DNA of 64,000 nt. Source: a virus. This document shows, one piece after another, positions 51,070 through 61,105 of the stretch (positions are counted from its first letter, which is position 1; the number at the start of each line of letters is the position of its first letter). The notes beneath the pieces were generated by a model that worked only from the letters and a program-made list of their open reading frames with translations, was not told the origin of the DNA and made no database searches. The position numbers and the translations under genes were made by a program. The stretch is taken from the IMG/VR virus record IMGVR_UViG_3300025168_018236, positions 2,610-66,609 of that record, one strand, 5' to 3'.

Positions 51070-51754
51070 CACTAACAAATATGACTTTAAGGGTTTAGTT
51101 CAGAGCGTCTATGACTGTGAACTAGATGCTCTTGATAACGAGGAAGAAAAAACTAATCTTACGTTAGGAACAGACACTAAGACTTCTTTTCATAAGTTGT
51201 TTTATGAAAAAATTGATTCTGGGTGGACTGATTTCGTTGATCTGTACAGAGCATTTATCCGAGAGGTTATCCATCCGATGTTTGAAGATGACGAAATGAT
51301 TTTTCAAACACTACCGGGAATTAGATTTTGTCGTCCCGGAGCGAAGGCGGTATATAAATGGCACTCCGATGGTGATCCAGATCACAAACACCCTCTAGGT
51401 GAAGTTAATGTTATTCTTCCTCTAACAAAGTGTTTTGATACCAATAGTATCTGGATGGAGTCTATTCCGGGTATGGGTGATTTTAAACCAGTGACTATGG
51501 ATTATGGTGAGTTCTTTATTGGTTATCTTAATCAATGTAGGCATGGTAATCTTGATAACGAGACGGGAAAGACTAGAGTTAGTTTTGATTTCAGAGTTGT
51601 TCCCGGTTTTGCATATGATCCAGAATGTACCCTTGAAACATGCACAACCAAGTCAAGATTTGTCGTTGGTGGGTACTATGATAAAATTACTAGAGAAGAA
51701 ACTCCCTCAATGTATGATGCAGAGGAAAACGCAAAGCGTGGAGCAGCATGTTAG
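51050..51754 (+). CDS. StrG-like Fe(II)/2OG dioxygenase
   Basis: FQ..P..R, WHSD...H...EVN..LPLT and HGN..N.T..TRVSFDFR motifs. Confidence 0.7.
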   Translation: MRIVKYDTNKYDFKGLVQSVYDCELDALDNEEEKTNLTLGTDTKTSFHKLFYEKIDSGWTDFVDLYRAFIREVIHPMFEDDEMIFQTLPGIRFCRPGAKAVYKWHSDGDPDHKHPLGEVNVILPLTKCFDTNSIWMESIPGMGDFKPVTMDYGEFFIGYLNQCRHGNLDNETGKTRVSFDFRVVPGFAYDPECTLETCTTKSRFVVGGYYDKITREETPSMYDAEENAKRGAAC

Positions 51755-52407
51755 ATCCACTTGAATATGATGAACAACTTTTATCCTACACGATGGAAAA
51801 ATATAATTGTTCTGATCCATGGGATGTTGTTGATGTCTTTGAGAAAAAACTAGCAGAATACGGTGGAAGTAAGTTTGCTGTTGCAGTTGATAACTGCACT
51901 GATGCTATGTTTTTGTGTTTGAAGTATCTGAATGCATCTGGGACTGTAGAAGTTCCGCGAAGAACCTATGTGTCTGTTCCGTGTACAATAAAGCACGCGG
52001 GGTGTAGTGTTAAATTTGTTGATGAAGAATGGTCAGGTGCGTATCCACTCAACCCACACCCAGTTTATGATTCCGCGACTAGAATGAAACGTGGAATGTA
52101 TGTTCCCGGTTCGTATTATTGTCTTTCGTTTCACAGAAGGAAACACATCCCTATAGGGAAAGGTGGAATGATTCTTACTGATGATGAGGACGCTTATAAC
52201 TGGTTTAAGGTTTCTCGTTACGAGGGTAGACATATGGATCGACTGTACAAAGATGACTCGTTTGATACTGTTGGATGGAACATGTATCTTCCCCCTGAAC
52301 AGGCAGCAAGAGGACTTTACTTGTTTGAAAATATCAAAGATGATAATCCTGACTTAGAGTCATCTGGAATACATAAAGATCTATCAGAGTTTAGGATTTA
52401 CGAGTGA
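51748..52407 (+). CDS. DegT/DnrJ/EryC1/StrS-family aminotransferase, short form
   Basis: FEKKLAEY.G..FAVAVD.CT.A, DSA and SFH..KH...G.GGMILTDD motifs; only 219 aa. Confidence 0.82.
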   Translation: MLDPLEYDEQLLSYTMEKYNCSDPWDVVDVFEKKLAEYGGSKFAVAVDNCTDAMFLCLKYLNASGTVEVPRRTYVSVPCTIKHAGCSVKFVDEEWSGAYPLNPHPVYDSATRMKRGMYVPGSYYCLSFHRRKHIPIGKGGMILTDDEDAYNWFKVSRYEGRHMDRLYKDDSFDTVGWNMYLPPEQAARGLYLFENIKDDNPDLESSGIHKDLSEFRIYE

Positions 52408-53243
52408 ATAAATTAAAAGTTTGTATTCGTGATGATTATGATCCAGAGTCATTTGAAACCACTCGTCCCAACCCAAATGATCTGTGGGTTTACGACAGAG
52501 ATAACCCTGATTTAATTATTTACATGAATGCAACCATGCCCACTAAAGACAATTCATGTGTCCTGATGACAGAATCTTATGAGGTGCAACGATACTATAA
52601 TGGAATAGATAAAAATCGATCTAGGTTAGAGGAGATTTCAAAAAGTATTCCGGTCTACTCATTTGATAAGTCACTGGGGGTAAACACCATTTGTCCCGCC
52701 ACACCCTCTTGGGTATCTGAACCACGGATGTATGAAAAAAGTAAAAAGATTAGTATGATAACCAGTCTCAAAAATATGTGCAGTGGTCATAGTCTTCGCT
52801 TATCAATTTTAACTAAACTGCAAGGAGAGGGGTGGGATGTTGAATTGTTTGGTAGAGAAATTAATCCAATAAACACCAAAGAGGATGGTCTTGCTCCTTA
52901 TATGTTTTCTATTGTGGTGGAAAATGAAAAAGTCCCCGGTTGGCACACAGAAAAAATATTAGATTGCTTCTCCACAGGGACCATTCCTCTTTATTGGGGA
53001 GATCCGTGTATTGGAGATAACTACGATACAAATGGAATCATAGATCTGGTTGAGTTTTTTGGTGATGTGAATCCAGCACATTGGGACAAAACTCGATTAT
53101 CAAATTTGACCGAAGATCTTTATAACTCCATGCTTCCGTCTACACAGAGAAATCTAGAAATAGCAAAAGATAAAAGATTAGATTACCACCTCGGCAAAAT
53201 TATTAACAAGATATGTCAGGATTATATCAATGGAAAACATTAA
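52404..53243 (+). CDS. GT10 fucosyltransferase-like protein (copy 2)
   Basis: YMFSIVVEN....W.TEKILDCF.TGTIP.YWG motif; GTG start. Confidence 0.8.
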   Translation: MNKLKVCIRDDYDPESFETTRPNPNDLWVYDRDNPDLIIYMNATMPTKDNSCVLMTESYEVQRYYNGIDKNRSRLEEISKSIPVYSFDKSLGVNTICPATPSWVSEPRMYEKSKKISMITSLKNMCSGHSLRLSILTKLQGEGWDVELFGREINPINTKEDGLAPYMFSIVVENEKVPGWHTEKILDCFSTGTIPLYWGDPCIGDNYDTNGIIDLVEFFGDVNPAHWDKTRLSNLTEDLYNSMLPSTQRNLEIAKDKRLDYHLGKIINKICQDYINGKH

Positions 53244-54432
53244 AATACTTTGTAATCAGTTGTACCCAGATCCGCATCTTTCGAGGGTAATACGGGAAAA
53301 CGGAGGACGAGGAGAACTTTACCATAGCAGCAATGGGAACTCAGTCATGTTGTTTCAAACAGAAAGCACTGGTGATCCTTTATTGGATAGTGAACAAGAT
53401 GTTTGTGGACTAAATTCTAGACCATATTTAATCACGGATCATAAGTACATACCATCCAATATAATTGAACAATTAATTTTGTGTAAGAGTGATTTCATAG
53501 AAAAGAAAAATGTCTCTTATCATATTGAGGAAGGATTTGTCGATAAAGAAATCATAATCATCATACCCCTCAAGGGACGGACTGATAACATTAGAACAGT
53601 GTTACAGTCTTTTACTAAGGACAGTTCTATTGGAGTTATTGTTGTCGAGGGGGATACAAGTAGCACTAGTATTAAAGATATCTCTATTGAAGAGGGATGC
53701 TCTTACATACACATTGAGGTGGATGAGTTTAATAAATCACAGTGTATGAATGTCGCATATTCTTTGATCTATTCAAAGACAAAGGCAGATTGGTTTGTTT
53801 TTCATGATGCTGATGTTGTTCTTTGTTCTGAATTTAAAGATCAAATAAAGGATAGAATCAAGCGAGATGATTTACCGAAGTTTTTTCAGTGTTTTGCTAA
53901 TAAATGTGTTCGATATTTCGAGAAAAATCAAAGCAAACCTCTTAGAGAACTTATATCAAAAGAGGGACCAATCTCAGGGAAAAACTATAATTCTTTTGTT
54001 GAAAGTGTCCGAGAAATTGGACGTATTAACTCTAAACCATCGCCGGGCGCACCGGGTGGATCGATTTGTATTCACCGAGATATATTTGAATCTATCGGTG
54101 GGTATGATCCCGAGTGGTGTTTGCGATATGGTCCAGAAGATTCCATGTTCTTGATTAAAGCAAATTATTTTTATGATAAAGTTTGTTATGATAAAAAGCA
54201 TGGAACCTGTGGTGTGCATCGAATTGAAACAGAAAATCTAGATTGCTTAGGTTGCCATCTATGGCACCCGACCGCAACATTCGGTGATGTTTCTCTTTTT
54301 GCAACATCAAACTTGATTCAAGATGTATTGATAAACTTAGATGAACGAGCAATTAGTCTTGTGTTAAAATCTGCAAGTTTACAACTTGATAGAATGAAGA
54401 ACATCTACAAAGAGACAGTGGAGGCGACATGA
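53230..54432 (+). CDS. GT-A fold glycosyltransferase with a galactosyltransferase (GT7 C-terminal)-like motif
   Basis: IIP..GR, FNKS...N, FHDAD and GGS.....F..IGGYD.....YG.ED motifs. Confidence 0.75.
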   Translation: MENIKILCNQLYPDPHLSRVIRENGGRGELYHSSNGNSVMLFQTESTGDPLLDSEQDVCGLNSRPYLITDHKYIPSNIIEQLILCKSDFIEKKNVSYHIEEGFVDKEIIIIIPLKGRTDNIRTVLQSFTKDSSIGVIVVEGDTSSTSIKDISIEEGCSYIHIEVDEFNKSQCMNVAYSLIYSKTKADWFVFHDADVVLCSEFKDQIKDRIKRDDLPKFFQCFANKCVRYFEKNQSKPLRELISKEGPISGKNYNSFVESVREIGRINSKPSPGAPGGSICIHRDIFESIGGYDPEWCLRYGPEDSMFLIKANYFYDKVCYDKKHGTCGVHRIETENLDCLGCHLWHPTATFGDVSLFATSNLIQDVLINLDERAISLVLKSASLQLDRMKNIYKETVEAT

Positions 54433-55208
54433 AAAATCATTTTACTATTGTCGGTGTTGGGTATAATTCCGCACCGTGGATTCGCATGTGTCTTGATAGT
54501 GTAGTAAATCAGGAGTACGATAACTATGATATTATTATGGTTGATGCATTTACTAACGATGGGACATATGATGTATTGAAAGAGTATGAAAGTAATCACG
54601 AAAACTTTACTTGTGTAAGAAAAACTGATCGGTGTTTTCAAACTGAAAATGTGAAGGACGGTGTTCATCTGTCAAAACCCGGAAGTATTATTGTCACAGT
54701 TGACTTTGATGATTGGTTGCCGGACTCTGGTGTTTTGTCTAGACTAAACGAAGTCTACTCTGATGATGTTTGGATGACGTATGGAACCTATGCCGAGTAT
54801 GTTGGTGGTGATAACTATCAAGTCTTCCCTGATGGTTTTTTTCACGAACATACAGAGGAAACCATTGCTACAAATAATTACCGTTCTGCAAGGTGGTTGA
54901 CCTCACATCTTAGAACTTTTAGAAAAGAACTCTTTATGCGGATCAAAGAGGAAGATTTCATAGACCCTGTAACAAATTCTTACTATGACACCGCAGGTGA
55001 TTTTACATTCATGATGCCAATGTTGGAAATGGCAGCAGAAAGACAACGGTACATTCCTGATGTAATGTATGTTTATAATAAAACAAATCCAATTAGTGAT
55101 GATAAAAAAGATGTCAATGGATCAGTTGGAAGTATTCACCAAGAAAGAATCGCTGATAGTATTAGAGAAAAAACAAAGTATATTAGATTGGAATCTTTAA
55201 ATGGATAG
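54429..55208 (+). CDS. GT2 glycosyltransferase
   Basis: YN...WI..CL.SV..Q.Y, VD...DGT, D.DDWL, WMTYG and SHLRTF motifs. Confidence 0.85.
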   Translation: MKNHFTIVGVGYNSAPWIRMCLDSVVNQEYDNYDIIMVDAFTNDGTYDVLKEYESNHENFTCVRKTDRCFQTENVKDGVHLSKPGSIIVTVDFDDWLPDSGVLSRLNEVYSDDVWMTYGTYAEYVGGDNYQVFPDGFFHEHTEETIATNNYRSARWLTSHLRTFRKELFMRIKEEDFIDPVTNSYYDTAGDFTFMMPMLEMAAERQRYIPDVMYVYNKTNPISDDKKDVNGSVGSIHQERIADSIREKTKYIRLESLNG

Positions 55209-56028
55209 TCATGTTATCAGCAGAGTTAAGAAAGGAATTTATCCTGATCATTTTGGTCTTGCTAATCAGTTGTTCCAAATAGCAGCGGTATACGCTTATG
55301 CAAAAAGAAATGGAATAACTGCCACTTTCCCAGATCTCACAAATACAGAAAGAAACGGACCATATCTAGACACCATTTTTAGGAATATAGAAACTGGACA
55401 CTCTGATATGGTTTCTCAATGTTTGGGTGAGGGGAGAGTTTATTATGAACCTACATTCGTTTATACAGAAATCCCCGAGGGAATGCGTGACTTTTTAGTT
55501 GACGGATATTTTCAAAGTGAAAAGTATTTTTCTGATTGTTCAGATGATATTCAGAAACTTTTTTCAATAGATGAGCAATCAAAAAATACCATCAACGAAC
55601 TCACAAAGGATATCGAAGACGGATGGGCGACTCTACACATAAGACGAGGTGATTACTTAGATTTCCCTGATGTTTTTGTTGACCTGTGTTCCACCAACTA
55701 CTATCGACGAGCGGTGGATATGTTGGAAAGTGATATCGTGTATATCGCTACGAACAAAAAAGACTGGTCTGAAGAATGGGTTGATAAAAACTTACCAAAA
55801 GACAAAGAGTATCGATGGTCAAATTCTTCGGATATTATTGATTTGTACTTGATGTCTATGGCAAAAGAGTGTATAATTGCCAACAGTTCTTTCAGTTGGT
55901 GGGGATCTTGGTTAGGTGAAAATAAGAAAACCATAGCACCTCGGAATTGGTTTTGTGAAGGACATGATGTGACGGCAGAAGGCATTTATCACTCTAACTG
56001 CACCATCATAGATACAGATATAAGATAA
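55201..56028 (+). CDS. GT11 alpha-1,2-fucosyltransferase-like protein (copy 2)
   Basis: GLANQLFQ, GYFQSEKYF, HIRRGDY and IIANSSFSWWG.WL motifs. Confidence 0.9.
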   Translation: MDSHVISRVKKGIYPDHFGLANQLFQIAAVYAYAKRNGITATFPDLTNTERNGPYLDTIFRNIETGHSDMVSQCLGEGRVYYEPTFVYTEIPEGMRDFLVDGYFQSEKYFSDCSDDIQKLFSIDEQSKNTINELTKDIEDGWATLHIRRGDYLDFPDVFVDLCSTNYYRRAVDMLESDIVYIATNKKDWSEEWVDKNLPKDKEYRWSNSSDIIDLYLMSMAKECIIANSSFSWWGSWLGENKKTIAPRNWFCEGHDVTAEGIYHSNCTIIDTDIR

Positions 56029-56037
56029 GGATTTATT

Positions 56038-57432
56038 ATGAGCAAAAGACCAAATGACATTACCGTTACACTTTGTATGATCGTAAAGGATGAAGAACAT
56101 ATCATCCATGAGTGCTTAAATTCCATGGCACCATACATCGACCGATATGATATCACCGATACAGGTTCAACAGATAGAACCAAAGAAATTATTAAAGAGT
56201 GGGGTGAAAAGAACAACATCCCCGGAACTGTGTATGATGCTCCTTGGCGTGGATTTGGTAAGTCTCGTACAGAATCCTTGAGAAACGCGGACAAGGGTGG
56301 TGCAGACTACTCTTGGGTCATTGATGCTGATGATATGATCGTAGGTACTTTTCAATATCCACCACAGTTTGGTGAACATTGTGGTTATACTCTGAAGATC
56401 AATAGGGGTGACTTTGAGTGGTGGAGAAATCAAATCTTCAAGAACAACATGGGTTGGGAGTATGTTGGTGTTATTCATGAATACGCTAATTGTCCTAAAC
56501 TAGAAGAAGAAGCGGCAGCAGGTCGTGGTAGTGCTAGACTTGCCGGTGACTACTGTATTGATGCCCGAACAATGGGCAACAGAACTAAAGAGTTTGATGT
56601 TGAACTAGGAGAAGGGGAAACAGAAGAACCCGGAAAAGAATCATGGAGAAAGAAGTATCTCGCGGATGCAGAAACTCTTCTTGATTGTATAACCAATCCA
56701 GAAAACGAAAACTACGAACCAGAAAATTACCGTTATTATTTCTACCTTGCTCAGTCGTACTTCGACGGCGGCGACTTTAATAAGGCAAAGGAGTGGTACG
56801 AGAAGAGAGCAGAAAAAGGTGGATGGGAAGAAGAACAGTGGTATTCTGTTATGCGTGTCGCCATGTGTATGACTAATCTTGGTGAAAAGTGGCAAGACTC
56901 ACAAGATGTTTTCTTGCAGGCATACAACTTAAGACACACTCGCGTTGAACCGCTATTCAATCTTGCCAGAATCCATAGACTAAATGGAAATCCTAAACTG
57001 GGATACCTGTTTGCTAAGATGGGATGCCAGATAGCATTCCCTCCCAATGACGTTCTTTTTGTTGCAAAAGACATCTATGCATGGCAAATTTACGATGAAC
57101 TCGCATCTACTGCTTGGTACACTGGAGATATGCAGGCAGGTCTCATGGCATCTAATAAACTTCTCAGTGAAAAGTTGTATCCACAAGACCAACATGAACG
57201 AATCCTAAACAACTGGAAGCAATATGTTGCATGGCATGAAGAGCAAGAAAAGCAACAAAAATCAGCAGAGGCAGAGCAAACCAAGCAAAGAATCTTACAC
57301 GAAGAAGCACAGCGAAAAGAATCAGACCAAAGAAAAATCGAAACTAAAAATCGGGAACAACAAAAGAAGATAAATAAGAGGAGACAGAAGCAAAAAAATG
57401 CGAGCAAGTCTCGTAAAGCATCGAGGAGATGA
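56038..57432 (+). CDS. GT2 glycosyltransferase with TPR repeats and a basic C-terminal coil
   Basis: LCMIVKDE, DTGSTD.T, IDADD and G..HE motifs; TPR-like FYLAQSY...A..WY.KR. Confidence 0.85.
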   Translation: MSKRPNDITVTLCMIVKDEEHIIHECLNSMAPYIDRYDITDTGSTDRTKEIIKEWGEKNNIPGTVYDAPWRGFGKSRTESLRNADKGGADYSWVIDADDMIVGTFQYPPQFGEHCGYTLKINRGDFEWWRNQIFKNNMGWEYVGVIHEYANCPKLEEEAAAGRGSARLAGDYCIDARTMGNRTKEFDVELGEGETEEPGKESWRKKYLADAETLLDCITNPENENYEPENYRYYFYLAQSYFDGGDFNKAKEWYEKRAEKGGWEEEQWYSVMRVAMCMTNLGEKWQDSQDVFLQAYNLRHTRVEPLFNLARIHRLNGNPKLGYLFAKMGCQIAFPPNDVLFVAKDIYAWQIYDELASTAWYTGDMQAGLMASNKLLSEKLYPQDQHERILNNWKQYVAWHEEQEKQQKSAEAEQTKQRILHEEAQRKESDQRKIETKNREQQKKINKRRQKQKNASKSRKASRR

Positions 57433-57435
57433 TAC

Positions 57436-57888
57436 ATGGCATCCGGAAGGTACGATATTTCTGCTGAACAAGGTGTTACTTTTAAGTTACATCTAAGATA
57501 TAGTGACTCAAATTCAGAAAATATAAATTTGGATAATTATGTTGGCAGAATGCAGGTCAGAAGATCTCCGCAAGATTCTGACATGGTTTTGTTTGTTACC
57601 ACTGGTGGTACAGGAGATGTACCAGTAGGAGGAGGAGTAACCGGCGGAGGGATCACTGGTGAATTTACATCAGGAGCAGGGATTTCTGGTTCTGGCGGAA
57701 TCACATTAAACGCATCCGCTACTGGTGGTCTTGGACATACTGGAGGCATTTTAATTGGAGTTGACGCTTCTTCTATGTCGAATGTTCCATCTGGAAATCA
57801 TTTCTACGACGTAGAATTGGTCACAGGTGATACTGTAGTTCGTGTGATAGAAGGACGATTCAGCGTCGATAGAGAAATTACCAGATGA
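57436..57888 (+). CDS. Putative fibre-attachment/adaptor beta-sandwich protein
   Basis: MA.G.YD...EQG.TF, MQVR and YDVEL.....V.R..EG.F.V..EITR pattern, typical of ORFs preceding phage fibres. Confidence 0.65.
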   Translation: MASGRYDISAEQGVTFKLHLRYSDSNSENINLDNYVGRMQVRRSPQDSDMVLFVTTGGTGDVPVGGGVTGGGITGEFTSGAGISGSGGITLNASATGGLGHTGGILIGVDASSMSNVPSGNHFYDVELVTGDTVVRVIEGRFSVDREITR

Positions 57889-60608
57889 GTAATAAAATTA
57901 GTATCAATTCTGATTCCCCTAAAAGGGTGGAGGTTACTGCCACGCCGGGGAATATCAATGTAACTGATGCTTCTGCAAAAATTCAAACTATCCAAGTAGC
58001 ACAAGGTGTCATTGCTGATGGTAAAGCGGGTGCTGACGGAGCAACTGGTACATTCCAGTTTAGTTATGGATCGTCTCCGCCCGCATCCCCTGATGTCGGT
58101 GATATTTGGTTTAATTCTGGTGATGGTGTATTTGTAATTTATCTACAAGATAATGATAGTAACCAATGGGTTGAGTGGTCTGGTAAACAAGGAGTTACTG
58201 GTCCTGCTGGTGGTATTGATGGGACTAGTTTGATTCATGCTCTAGGTATTTCTACCGATAAGGGAATTACTTTCCCTGATGGAACTCATCAAACAACCGC
58301 TGGTGGTGGGGGTGGTGCTGGTACAACAGGAACCACTGGTACAACAGGAACAACAGGAACCACAGGAAACACCGGAGAAACTGGTGCTACTGGTTCAACA
58401 GGAAACACCGGAGAAACTGGTGCTACTGGTTCTGCTGGCGGAAATACATTTGGTATTCCGGGTGGTTTCGGTTTCTTTACACGATTTGATGGAACAACTG
58501 GATCAACCATACCGGTTCCAACGGGCGGTCTCTCACAACCGGGAGGATTTAAGTTTGCGTTTGATCATGGAACAGGAACAGCAGGAACAGGAGATAGACC
58601 TAATTGGCCAAGTTCGTCCGGACTGAATTCCGAATCGTTTCCAGAAGGAACATACCCCACAGAAATCTACATAAATGAATTTGCCTATGGTGGTGTGAAG
58701 GGTACACATATTCCCAACCTCATTACACTCTTGATGGGTGCATCCGGTGGAACGATCCAGATTGGTGAGGACGGCGAGCAAGCAACTGCTGTTGCAATTT
58801 GCAAATTGACACAAATGCTGCCACATGTTCGCGGAGATGATTCCTCTAACGTAGGTCGAACTCCTAGTGAAGTATGGTTCTATGTGAAACCCGGATTGGA
58901 TCATGCCAACTCTTCGGGATCTGCGAATCACACAATTCCTATTGGTAGAATTGATGAAGGTGGTATTAGACCAGTATTCCCATCTAATGAATCTGCTGCA
59001 TCCGGTGGAACAGGAGCGGTCCAAGACGGAGATGTATTCTATCTTAGTTTCCAACCAGTCTTCGGTGTAGGGGACGGCAGCAACAGTTCGGGTGGAGGTA
59101 CTGCATATCAAGCAGGAGACGGACTCACGCTAGATGTTGCTGGTGGAACTTTTGGTATTGATCCAACTGCAAACATTCAGGTCAATGGTATCACTAATAA
59201 TGGTTCTTTCATTGAATTCAGAACCCTATCGTTCGGTGCTGGTCCCGAGATTGCGTTCCAAGTCAGTGGTACGGACAAGTTGAAAATCCGAAACAACAAG
59301 TTCCAACTAACTCAAGCAGTCGTCGTCGATGGCGGACTTTTTACTGCCAAATCAGGAGCGAGTATAACCGGTGGATTACTTGTCACGGGAAGCGGCGGAT
59401 TAACTGTAGAAAATTCTAACATCTTTGAAACAGTTCTTCATGCCAACGCAGGAATTTCTGCTGATAAGGGAATTACTTTCCCTGATGGTACTCATCAGAC
59501 GACTGCTCCCGCTTCAGCATTCCTTTCTGGCGGCGAAGGTGTAACTGGTATAACTCAGTATAGAGCAACCGATGGTATTCTTTTAGACCCTGCTGGTCAA
59601 ACATTCACACTTAATAGTGAGTACAGTGCTGAGTTTACATCATTAACAACTTCTGGAACAGTGAAATCTAATTTAGTCCTTGCTGCTGTCGGTGGTATCT
59701 CTGCGGACAAGGGAATTACTTTCCCCGATGGAACTCACCAAACTACTGCTGGTGGAGGCGGTACGCTGGCGTTCCAAGATGGTGGTGCAACTTTTGCAGG
59801 AACGGTTCATGGTGAAAAATTCCTTGATTTCGATCACGGAAACGACTCAGGAATGGCACTCGATGTCAATCATGTAGTGTCACTTGTTGCCGCTGGGACG
59901 ATTGGATTGAGGACACTTAGTTCAGGAACCGAAATTAAAGGACAACTTCAACCCGAGGCAGGTATATCTGCCGATGATGGAATGACTCTGGACGGTGTTC
60001 TTAATCTGCCTGTTGGAGATGGTAGCAATCCAGCGACCGCCATCAAGATTCCCACTGGAAAAAAAATTGTTAACCAACAAACCTCTGCTGTTCCGTCTCT
60101 TCGACTTTCAACTAGCACGGTTGAACTCAGTTCATCTAGTTCAGGAACGCCGGGTAAAGTATTAGTAGAGACAGGTAAAGTAAAGATAGACAATGTTGTT
60201 CTGAATACAGAAGCGGGTATCTCAATGGATACTGTTGGCATCACCTTCCCTGATGGAACCTACCAAGATAGTGCGGCATCTGGATCTGGGACATCAACAA
60301 TCACTGACTCATATGTCGGTAATATTGAAAGTGTTTCAAATAAAGTATTTAAGATAGACCCAAGAACCGTTGCAGCAAGAACTATCACAGAGTTCTTCGC
60401 CATCGCGGTGACGGGTGGATGTACTGCCGAACTTCATGGCAACGGAAACGCCATTGGAACTATTCTCTTGCGTGATGGTGTGACTGGTGCTACCTCATTA
60501 TCTGCACTAGCGAATCAAACTCTGCCTGCTGGTTCTACATTGCAATTTACATTATCAGGAAATAGTGGTTGTAGAGACTTCCAGTTTGCGATTGGGTATA
60601 CACAATGA
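57885..60608 (+). CDS. Modular tail-fibre-like protein with a collagen tract and repeated GITFPDGT modules
   Basis: P..P..GD.W...D..S.QWV motif, GTT/GNT/GET/GAT collagen tract at ~58320-58435, and four GIS.D.GITFPDGT.Q modules. Confidence 0.7.
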   Translation: MSNKISINSDSPKRVEVTATPGNINVTDASAKIQTIQVAQGVIADGKAGADGATGTFQFSYGSSPPASPDVGDIWFNSGDGVFVIYLQDNDSNQWVEWSGKQGVTGPAGGIDGTSLIHALGISTDKGITFPDGTHQTTAGGGGGAGTTGTTGTTGTTGTTGNTGETGATGSTGNTGETGATGSAGGNTFGIPGGFGFFTRFDGTTGSTIPVPTGGLSQPGGFKFAFDHGTGTAGTGDRPNWPSSSGLNSESFPEGTYPTEIYINEFAYGGVKGTHIPNLITLLMGASGGTIQIGEDGEQATAVAICKLTQMLPHVRGDDSSNVGRTPSEVWFYVKPGLDHANSSGSANHTIPIGRIDEGGIRPVFPSNESAASGGTGAVQDGDVFYLSFQPVFGVGDGSNSSGGGTAYQAGDGLTLDVAGGTFGIDPTANIQVNGITNNGSFIEFRTLSFGAGPEIAFQVSGTDKLKIRNNKFQLTQAVVVDGGLFTAKSGASITGGLLVTGSGGLTVENSNIFETVLHANAGISADKGITFPDGTHQTTAPASAFLSGGEGVTGITQYRATDGILLDPAGQTFTLNSEYSAEFTSLTTSGTVKSNLVLAAVGGISADKGITFPDGTHQTTAGGGGTLAFQDGGATFAGTVHGEKFLDFDHGNDSGMALDVNHVVSLVAAGTIGLRTLSSGTEIKGQLQPEAGISADDGMTLDGVLNLPVGDGSNPATAIKIPTGKKIVNQQTSAVPSLRLSTSTVELSSSSSGTPGKVLVETGKVKIDNVVLNTEAGISMDTVGITFPDGTYQDSAASGSGTSTITDSYVGNIESVSNKVFKIDPRTVAARTITEFFAIAVTGGCTAELHGNGNAIGTILLRDGVTGATSLSALANQTLPAGSTLQFTLSGNSGCRDFQFAIGYTQ
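58245..60275 (+). repeat. Dispersed ~57-bp repeat, four copies (~58245, 59451, 59694, 60216)
   Basis: The first three copies share aagggaattactttccc[t/c]gatgg[a/t]actca; the fourth is more diverged. A related copy lies at 104-160. Confidence 0.85.
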
Positions 60609-61093
60609 GTCCTTTATGTCGCATGGGTGAATATAATTCTAGTCTTTTGACCTATGTTGAAACAACTCTTGGGTCATGGAATACCGGTAATGCTTGGTGG
60701 ATTGTTACCAATAAAGACTGGAGTGATGGTAACGTAATATTTTCAGGGACAGGGCAACTGTTGGTGAATGATGGTGGATCAAACGGAGAAAATGGAAGTA
60801 TTCGTATTGATCCCGGATCTGGTTATCCTGCCGGAAGTCCCGCAGGCGGTGCTAACGATTTTTATCTAGAATATCCAAACGCCATACTAATTGCCACCAT
60901 AGGAGGTCGCCCATATGGGTTTGGAGTGCAAGACCCCACGGGTAACGATGACTTTCGTTTTGAGGAAGTTCAACCTCCCGAATTTACTCTTGCTGGTATC
61001 ACGGCAGGTGGAACTGAGGGATGGGACGGAGACACAACTATAGTAATGGAATTATACTCAAGCGGTGATATTGATACAGAATTGAATCTATAA
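60605..61093 (+). CDS. Hypothetical protein, probable fibre partner
   Basis: ATGA overlap with the fibre gene; Gly/aromatic-rich. Confidence 0.5.
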   Translation: MSPLCRMGEYNSSLLTYVETTLGSWNTGNAWWIVTNKDWSDGNVIFSGTGQLLVNDGGSNGENGSIRIDPGSGYPAGSPAGGANDFYLEYPNAILIATIGGRPYGFGVQDPTGNDDFRFEEVQPPEFTLAGITAGGTEGWDGDTTIVMELYSSGDIDTELNL

Positions 61094-61096
61094 ATA
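61089..61096 (+). promoter_or_regulatory. Canonical T4-type late promoter TATAAATA
   Basis: Exact match 9 nt upstream of ATG 61106. Confidence 0.7.
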
Positions 61097-61105
61097 GGAA
61101 TAGAT

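Noticed and set aside
58245-60275. Dispersed fibre repeats as DGR template/variable repeats
   Set aside because: No reverse transcriptase in the window; differences are mostly synonymous rather than adenine-specific; all copies are coding.
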